Origin: Auanema rhodensis
Lineage: Eukaryota > Animalia > Nematoda
Direction: 5' to 3'
Length of the DNA stretch: 64,000 bases
NCBI GenBank assembly: GCA_964057225.1
Contig: OZ059896.1
Coordinates: 5,518,001-5,582,000 of the forward strand
The translations under genes and the position numbers were made by a program. Below are positions 55,301 to 64,000 of the stretch, one piece after another. Within the stretch, counting starts at the first letter, position 1, and each line of letters begins with the position of its first letter. The notes beneath the pieces are model-generated. The model worked only from the letters and a program-made list of their open reading frames with translations. It was not told the origin of the DNA and ran no database searches.

Positions 55301-58300
55301 GTTATTCAACGAAAAAATTAATTCTTCAGGGTGAAAATCGAGGATATAAGTGTGAACTTATATCAGTTGATATCTCGGTGCATTTTCAAGCTAGCGCAAA
55401 TCTGATAGTACAGATCGACGCAGCTTAAAAATCCGCATCGAATGCACTATACTACATTGAGAAACGCTTAATACAAAAATTAGTTATGATCGTTTGAAAA
55501 ATGATGCATTAGTGTATGTTGAGTTTCCATGTACACTCAAAATTGCTTCCAAAAACATTTTGACAAAAATTTTTTCGAAAAATTTCAAAATAATTTAGCA
55601 AAAAGTAGATGTTTTTAGATTCCTTTTTTCAAGGCAAAAACGATGGACAATGTTATTCAACGAAAAAATTATTTCTTCAGGGTGAAAATCGAGGATATAA
55701 GTGTGAACTTATATCAGTTGATATCTCGGTGCATTTTTAAGCTAGCGCAAATCTGATAACACAGATCGACGCAGCATAAAAATCCGCATCGAATGCACTA
55801 TACTACATTGAGAAAAGCTGAATACAAAAATTAGTTATGATCGTTTGAAAAATGATGCATTAGTGTATGTTAAGTTTCCATGTACACTCAAAATTGCTTC
55901 CAAAAACATTTTGACAAAAATTTTTTCGAAAAATTTCAAAATAATTTAGCAAAAAGTAGATGTTTTTAGATTCCTTTTTTCAAGGCAAAAACGATGGACA
56001 ATGTTATTCAACGAAAAAATTATTTCTTCAGGGTGAAAATCGAGGATATAAGTGTGAACTTATATCAGTTGATATCTCGGTGCATTTTTAAGCTAGCGCA
56101 AATCTGATAACACAGATCGACGCAGCTTAAAAATCCGCATCGAATGCACTATACTACATTGAGAAAAGCTGAATACAAAAATTAGTTATGATCGTTTGAA
56201 AAATGATGCATTAGTGTATGTTAAGTTTCCATGTACACTCAAAATTGCTTCCAAAAACATTTTGACAAAAATTTTTTCGAAAAATTTCAAAATAATTTAG
56301 CAAAAAGTAGATGTTTTTAGATTCCTTTTTTCAAGGCAAAAACGATGGACAATGTTATTCAACGAAAAAATTATTTCTTCAGGGTGAAAATCGAGGATAT
56401 AAGTGTGAACTTATATCAGTTGATATCTCGGTGCATTTTTAAGCTAGCGCAAATCTGATAACACAGATCGACGCAGCTTAAAAATCCGCATCGAATGCAC
56501 TATACTACATTGAGAAAAGCTGAATACAAAAATTAGTTATGATCGTTTGAAAAATGATGCATTAGTGTATGTTGAGTTTCCATGTACACTCAAAATTGCT
56601 TCCAAAAACATTTTGACAAAAATTTTTTCGAAAAATTTCAAAATAATTTAGCAAAAAGTAGATGTTTTTAAATTCCTTTTTTCAAGGCAAAAACGATGGA
56701 CAATGTTATTCAACGAAAAAATTAATTCTTCAGGGTGAAAATCGAGGATATAAGTGTGAACTTATATCAGTTGATATCTCGGTGCATTTTTAAGCTAGCG
56801 CAAATCTGATAACACAGATCGACGCAGCTTAAAAATCCGCATCGAATGCACTATACTACATTGAGAAAAGCTAAATACAAAAATTAGTTATGATCGTTTG
56901 AAAAATGATGCATTAGTGTATGTTGAGTTTCCATGTACACTCAAAATTGCTTCCAAAAACATTTTGACAAAAATTTTTTCGAAAAATTTGAGAATAATTT
57001 AGCAAAAAGTAGATGTTTTTAGATTCCTTTTTTCAAGGCAAAAACGATGGACAATGTTATTCAACGAAAAAATTAATTCTTCAGGGTGAAAATCGAGGAT
57101 ATAAGTGTGAACTTATATCAGTTGATATCTCGGTGCATTTTTAAGCTAGCGCAAATCTGATAACACAGATCGACGCAGCTTAAAAATCCGCATCGAATGC
57201 ACTATATAACATTGAGAAAAGCTAAATACAAAAATTAGTTATGATCGTTTGAAAAATGATGCATTAGTGTATGTTGAGTTTCCATGTACACTCAAAATTG
57301 CTTCCAAAAACATTTTGACAAAAATTTTTTCGAAAAATTTCAAAATAATTTAGCAAAAAGTAGATGTTTTTAGATTCCTTTTTTCAAGGCAAAAACGATA
57401 GACAATGTTATTCAACGAAAAAATTAATTCTTCAGGGTGAAAATCGAGGATATAAGTGTGAACTTATATCAGTTGATATCTCGGTGCATTTTCAAGCTAG
57501 CGCAAATCTGATAGTACAGATCGACGCAGCTTAAAAATCCGCATCGAATGCACTATACTACATTGAGAAACGCTTAATACAAAAATTAGTTATGATCGTT
57601 TGAAAAATGATGCATTAGTGTATGTTGAGTTTCCATGTACACTCAAAATTGCTTCCAAAAACATTTTGACAAAAATTTTTTCGAAAAATTTCAAAATAAT
57701 TTAGCAAAAAGTAGATGTTTTTAGATTCCTTTTTTCAAGGCAAAAACGATGGACAATGTTATTCAACGAAAAAATTATTTCTTCAGGGTGAAAATCGAGG
57801 ATATAAGTGTGAACTTATATCAGTTGATATCTCGGTGCATTTTTAAGCTAGCGCAAATCTGATAACACAGATCGACGCAGCATAAAAATCCGCATCGAAT
57901 GCACTATACTACATTGAGAAAAGCTGAATACAAAAATTAGTTATGATCGTTTGAAAAATGATGCATTAGTGTATGTTGAGTTTCCATGTACACTCAAAAT
58001 TGCTTCCAAAAACATTTTGACAAAAATTTTTTCGAAAAATTTCAAAATAATTTAGCAAAAAGTAGATGTTTTTAGATTCCTTTTTTCAAGGCAAAAACGA
58101 TGGACAATGTTATTCAACGAAAAAATTATTTCTTCAGGGTGAAAATCGAGGATATAAGTGTGAACTTATATCAGTTGATATCTCGGTGCATTTTTAAGCT
58201 AGCGCAAATCTGATAACACAGATCGACGCAGCTTAAAAATCCGCATCGAATGCACTATACTACATTGAGAAAAGCTGAATACAAAAATTAGTTATGATCG

Positions 58301-61300
58301 TTTGAAAAATGATGCATTAGTGTATGTTGAGTTTCCATGTACACTCAAAATTGCTTCCAAAAACATTTTGACAAAAATTTTTTCGAAAAATTTCAAAATA
58401 ATTTAGCAAAAAGTAGATGTTTTTAGATTCCTTTTTTCAAGGCAAAAACGATAGACAATGTTATTCAACGAAAAAATTAATTCTTCAGGGTGAAAATCGA
58501 GGATATAAGTGTGAACTTATATCAGTTGATATCTCGGTGCATTTTCAAGCTAGCGCAAATCTGATAGTACAGATCGACGCAGCTTAAAAATCCGCATCGA
58601 ATGCACTATACTACATTGAGAAACGCTTAATACAAAAATTAGTTATGATCGTTTGAAAAATGATGCATTAGTGTATGTTGAGTTTCCATGTACACTCAAA
58701 ATTGCTTCCAAAAACATTTTGACAAAAATTTTTTCGAAAAATTTCAAAATAATTTAGCAAAAAGTAGATGTTTTTAGATTCCTTTTTTCAAGGCAAAAAC
58801 GATAGACAATGTTATTCAACGAAAAAATTAATTCTTCAGGGTGAAAATCGAGGATATAAGTGTGAACTTATATCAGTTGATATCTCGGTGCATTTTCAAG
58901 CTAGCGCAAATCTGATAGTACAGATCGACGCAGCTTAAAAATCCGCATCGAATGCACTATACTACATTGAGAAACGCTTAATACAAAAATTAGTTATGAT
59001 CGTTTGAAAAATGATGCATTAGTGTATGTTGAGTTTCCATGTACACTCAAAATTGCTTCCAAAAACATTTTGACAAAAATTTTTTCGAAAAATTTCAAAA
59101 TAATTTAGCAAAAAGTAGATGTTTTTAGATTCCTTTTTTCAAGGCAAAAACGATGGACAATGTTATTCAACGAAAAAATTATTTCTTCAGGGTGAAAATC
59201 GAGGATATAAGTGTGAACTTATATCAGTTGATATCTCGGTGCATTTTTAAGCTAGCGCAAATCTGATAACACAGATCGACGCAGCATAAAAATCCGCATC
59301 GAATGCACTATACTACATTGAGAAAAGCTGAATACAAAAATTAGTTATGATCGTTTGAAAAATGATGCATTAGTGTATGTTGAGTTTCCATGTACACTCA
59401 AAATTGCTTCCAAAAACATTTTGACAAAAATTTTTTCGAAAAATTTCAAAATAATTTAGCAAAAAGTAGATGTTTTTAGATTCCTTTTTTCAAGGCAAAA
59501 ACGATGGACAATGTTATTCAACGAAAAAATTATTTCTTCAGGGTGAAAATCGAGGATATAAGTGTGAACTTATATCAGTTGATATCTCGGTGCATTTTTA
59601 AGCTAGCGCAAATCTGATAACACAGATCGACGCAGCTTAAAAATCCGCATCGAATGCACTATACTACATTGAGAAAAGCTGAATACAAAAATTAGTTATG
59701 ATCGTTTGAAAAATGATGCATTAGTGTATGTTGAGTTTCCATGTACACTCAAAATTGCTTCCAAAAACATTTTGACAAAAATTTTTTCGAAAAATTTCAA
59801 AATAATTTAGCAAAAAGTAGATGTTTTTAAATTCCTTTTTTCAAGGCAAAAACGATGGACAATGTTATTCAACGAAAAAATTAATTCTTCAGGGTGAAAA
59901 TCGAGGATATAAGTGTGAACTTATATCAGTTGATATCTCGGTGCATTTTTAAGCTAGCGCAAATCTGATAACACAGATCGACGCAGCTTAAAAATCCGCA
60001 TCGAATGCACTATACTACATTGAGAAAAGCTAAATACAAAAATTAGTTATGATCGTTTGAAAAATGATGCATTAGTGTATGTTGAGTTTCCATGTACACT
60101 CAAAATTGCTTCCAAAAACATTTTGACAAAAATTTTTTCGAAAAATTTGAGAATAATTTAGCAAAAAGTAGATGTTTTTAGATTCCTTTTTTCAAGGCAA
60201 AAACGATGGACAATGTTATTCAACGAAAAAATTAATTCTTCAGGGTGAAAATCGAGGATATAAGTGTGAACTTATATCAGTTGATATCTCGGTGCATTTT
60301 TAAGCTAGCGCAAATCTGATAACACAGATCGACGCAGCTTAAAAATCCGCATCGAATGCACTATATAACATTGAGAAAAGCTAAATACAAAAATTAGTTA
60401 TGATCGTTTGAAAAATGATGCATTAGTGTATGTTGAGTTTCCATGTACACTCAAAATTGCTTCCAAAAACATTTTGACAAAAATTTTTTCGAAAAATTTC
60501 AAAATAATTTAGCAAAAAGTAGATGTTTTTAGATTCCTTTTTTCAAGGCAAAAACGATAGACAATGTTATTCAACGAAAAAAATAATTCTTCAGGGTGAA
60601 AATCGAGGATATAAGTGTGAACTTATATCAGTTGATATCTCGGTGCATTTTCAAGCTAGCGCAAATCTGATAGTACAGATCGACGCAGCTTAAAAATCCG
60701 CATCGAATGCACTATACTACATTGAGAAACGCTTAATACAAAAATTAGTTATGATCGTTTGAAAAATGATGCATTAGTGTATGTTGAGTTTCCATGTACA
60801 CTCAAAATTGCTTCCAAAAACATTTTGACAAAAATTTTTTCGAAAAATTTCAAAATAATTTAGCAAAAAGTAGATGTTTTTAGATTCCTTTTTTCAAGGC
60901 AAAAACGATGGACAATGTTATTCAACGAAAAAATTATTTCTTCAGGGTGAAAATCGAGGATATAAGTGTGAACTTATATCAGTTGATATCTCGGTGCATT
61001 TTTAAGCTAGCGCAAATCTGATAACACAGATCGACGCAGCATAAAAATCCGCATCGAATGCACTATACTACATTGAGAAAAGCTGAATACAAAAATTAGT
61101 TATGATCGTTTGAAAAATGATGCATTAGTGTATGTTGAGTTTCCATGTACACTCAAAATTGCTTCCAAAAACATTTTGACAAAAATTTTTTCGAAAAATT
61201 TCAAAATAATTTAGCAAAAAGTAGATGTTTTTAGATTCCTTTTTTCAAGGCAAAAACGATGGACAATGTTATTCAACGAAAAAATTATTTCTTCAGGGTG

Positions 61301-64000
61301 AAAATCGAGGATATAAGTGTGAATTTATATCAGTTGATATCTCGGTGCATTTTTAAGCTAGCGCAAATCTGATAACACAGATCGACGCAGCATAAAAATC
61401 CGCATCGAATGCACTATACTACATTGAGAAAAGCTAAATACAAAAATTAGTTATGATCGTTTGAAAAATGATGCATTAGTGTATGTTGAGTTTCCATGTA
61501 CACTCAACATTGCTTCCAAAAACATTTTGACCAAAATTTTTTCGAAAAATTTCAAAATAATTTAGCAAAAAGTAGATGTTTTCAGATTCCTTTTTTCAAG
61601 GCAAAAACGATAGACAATGTTATTCAACGAAAAAATTAATTCTTCAGGGTGAAAATCGAGGATATAAGTGTGAATTTATATCAGTTGATATCTCGGTGCA
61701 TTTTTAAGCTAGCGCAAATCTGATAGTACAGATCGACGCAGCTTAAAAATCCGCATCGAACGCACTATACTACATTGAGAAACGCTTAATACAAAAATTA
61801 GTTATGATCGTTTGAAAAATGATGCATTAGTGTATGTTGAGTTTCCATGTACACTCAAAATTGCTTCCAAAAACATTTTGACAAAAATTTTTTCGAAAAA
61901 TTTCAAAATAATTTAGCAAAAAGTAGATGTTTTTAGATTCCTTTTTTCAAGGCAAAAACGATGGACAATGTTATTCAACGAAAAAATTATTTCTTCAGGG
62001 TGAAAATCGAGGATATAAGTGTGAACTTATATCAGTTGATATCTCGGTGCATTTTTAAGCTAGCGCAAATCTGATAACACAGATCGACGCAGCATAAAAA
62101 TCCGCATCGAATGCACTATACTACATTGAGAAACGCTTAATACAAAAATTAGTTATGATCGTTTGAAAAATGATGCATTAGTGTATGTTGAGTTTCCATG
62201 TACACTCAAAATTGCTTCCAAAAACATTTTGACAAAAATTTTTTCGAAAAATTTGAAAATAATTTAGCAAAAAGTAGATGTTTTTAGATTCCTTTTTTCA
62301 AGGCAAAAACGATAGACAATGTTATTCAACGAAAAAATTAATTCTTCAGGGTGAAAATCGAGGATATAAGTGTGAACTTATATCAGTTGATATCTCGGTG
62401 CATTTTTAAGCTAGCGCAAATCTGATAACACAGATCTACGCAGCTTAAAAATCCGCATCGAATGCACTAAACTTCATTGAGAAAAGCTTAATACAAAAAT
62501 TAGTTATGATCGTTTGAAAAATGATGCATTAGTGTATGTTGAGTTTCCATGTACACTCAAAATTGCTTCCAAAAACATTTTGACAAAAATTTTTTCGAAA
62601 AATTTCAAAATAATTTAGCAAAAAGTAGATGTTTTTAGATTCCTTTTTTCAAGGCAAAAACGATAGACAATGTTATTCAACGAAAAAATTAATTCTTCAG
62701 GGTGAAAATCGAGGATATAGGTGTGAACATATATATCAGTTGATATCTCGGTGCATTTTTAAGCTAGCGCAAATCTGATAACACAGATCGACGCAGCATA
62801 AAAATCCGCATCGAATGCACTATACTACATTGAGAAACGCTTAATACAAAAATTAGTTATGATCGTTTGAAAAATGATGCATTAGTGTATGTTGAGTTTC
62901 CATGTACACTCAAAATTGCTTCCAAAAACATTTTGACAAAAATTTTTTCGAAAAATTTCAAAATAATTTAGCAAAAAGTAGATGTTTTCAGATTCCTTTT
63001 TTCAAGGCAAAAACGATAGACAATGTTATTCAACGAAAAAATTAATTCTTCAGGGTGAAAATCGAGGATGTAAGTGTGAACTTATATCAGTTGATATCTC
63101 GGTGCATTTTTAAGCTAGCGCAAATCTGATAACACAGATCTACGCAGCTTAAAAATCCGCATCGAATGCACTATACTACATTGAGAAACGCTTAATACAA
63201 AAATTAGTTATGATCGTTTGAAAAATGATGCATTAGTGTATGTTGAGTTTCCATGTACACTCAAAATTGCTTCCAAAAACATTTTGACAAAAATTTTTTC
63301 GAAAAATTTCAAAATAATTTAGCAAAAAGTAGATGTTTTTAGATTTCTTTTTTCAAGGCAAAAACGATAGACAATGTTATTCAACGAAAAAATTAATTCT
63401 TCAGGGTGAAAATCGAGGATATAAGTGTGAACTTATATCAGTTGATATCTCGGTGCATTTTTAAGCTAGCGCAAATCTGATAACACAGATCTACGCAGCT
63501 TAAAAATCCGCATCGAATGCACTAAACTTCATTGAGAAAAGCTTAATACAAAAATTAGTTATGATCGTTTGAAAAATGATGCATTAGTGTATGTTGAGTT
63601 TCCATGTACACTCAAAATTGCTTCCAAAAACATTTTGACAAAAATTTTTTCGAAAAATTTGAAGATAATTTAGCAAAAAGTAGATGTTTTTAGATTCCTT
63701 TTTTCAAGGCAAAAACGATGGACAATGTTATTCAACGAAAAAATTAATTCTTCAGGGTGAAAATCGAGGATATAAGTGTGAACTTATATCAGTTGATATC
63801 TCGGTGCATTTTCAAGCTAGCGCAAATCTGATAGTACAGATCGACGCAGCTTAAAAATCCGCATCGAATGCACTATACTACATTGAGAAACGCTTAATAC
63901 AAAAATTAGTTATGATCGTTTGAAAAATGATGCATTAGTGTATGTTGAGTTTCCATGTACACTCAAAATTGCTTCCAAAAACATTTTGACAAAAATTTTT
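37200..64000. repeat. Second B-dominated domain; A island at about 39.7-40.7 kb, essentially pure B after about 40.75 kb
   Basis: Every monomer read after about 40.75 kb has aaggcaaaaac, tttagca and caa(c/t)gaaaa. There are no ORF calls after 40241. Confidence 0.88.
49500..52850. repeat. 5-mer (1755 bp) duplication built from a repeated dimer plus one monomer
   Basis: gatctacgc at 49801/50503/51556/52258 (steps 702, 1053, 702). tttcagaat at 50674/52429. Confidence 0.82.

Larger units (their letters stand above)
1..64000. repeat. 351-bp tandem satellite DNA array, about 182.8 head-to-tail monomers, open at both window edges
   Basis: aagacaaagacgatggac at 1 recurs at 352, and ORF-track starts differ by multiples of 351 (215, 917, 1268, 1970...). 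The indels seen (-180, +1, +1, +1, -2, +2) predict that base 64000 is monomer position 295, which matches the final aaaaattttt. No non-satellite sequence was seen. Confidence 0.99.

Noticed and set aside
1-64000. Giant repeat-protein CDS, since 351 bp = 117 codons
   Set aside because: The six-frame track shows nothing longer than 63 aa, so no called frame stays open through a monomer.
1-64000. CRISPR array or integron-like cassette array
   Set aside because: There are no unique spacers or cassettes. The entire 351-bp unit is repeated, and no cas or integrase gene is present.
1-64000. Assembly artefact or sequencing concatemer
   Set aside because: Monomers carry structured, linked, hierarchically shared variants rather than random errors. 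Exact copy numbers of blocks still need read validation.
1-64000. Inversions or embedded mobile elements
   Set aside because: All monomers read in the same orientation, and phase arithmetic across the window leaves no room for insertions.

Overview
The whole 64-kb window is one uninterrupted head-to-tail array of a 351-bp AT-rich satellite (about 182.8 monomers, all in one orientation). Monomer 1 is about 32% GC by hand count. I found no credible gene, RNA gene, transposon insertion or CRISPR array, and the repeated 63-aa ORF is a by-product of the monomer. It looks like eukaryotic centromeric or pericentromeric satellite, but I cannot identify the organism or family. The internal organisation is the interesting part. 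Two monomer subfamilies (A and B) alternate in large domains. Nested and shifting higher-order duplications span 1 to 12 monomers, with long-range copies at 37 and 74 monomers. There is one 180-bp deletion and five 1-2 bp indels, which together account exactly for the phase at the window end. The monomer is rich in short inverted repeats, and in two of them both partners of one base pair are polymorphic. All counts and offsets were made by eye and should be confirmed by alignment.
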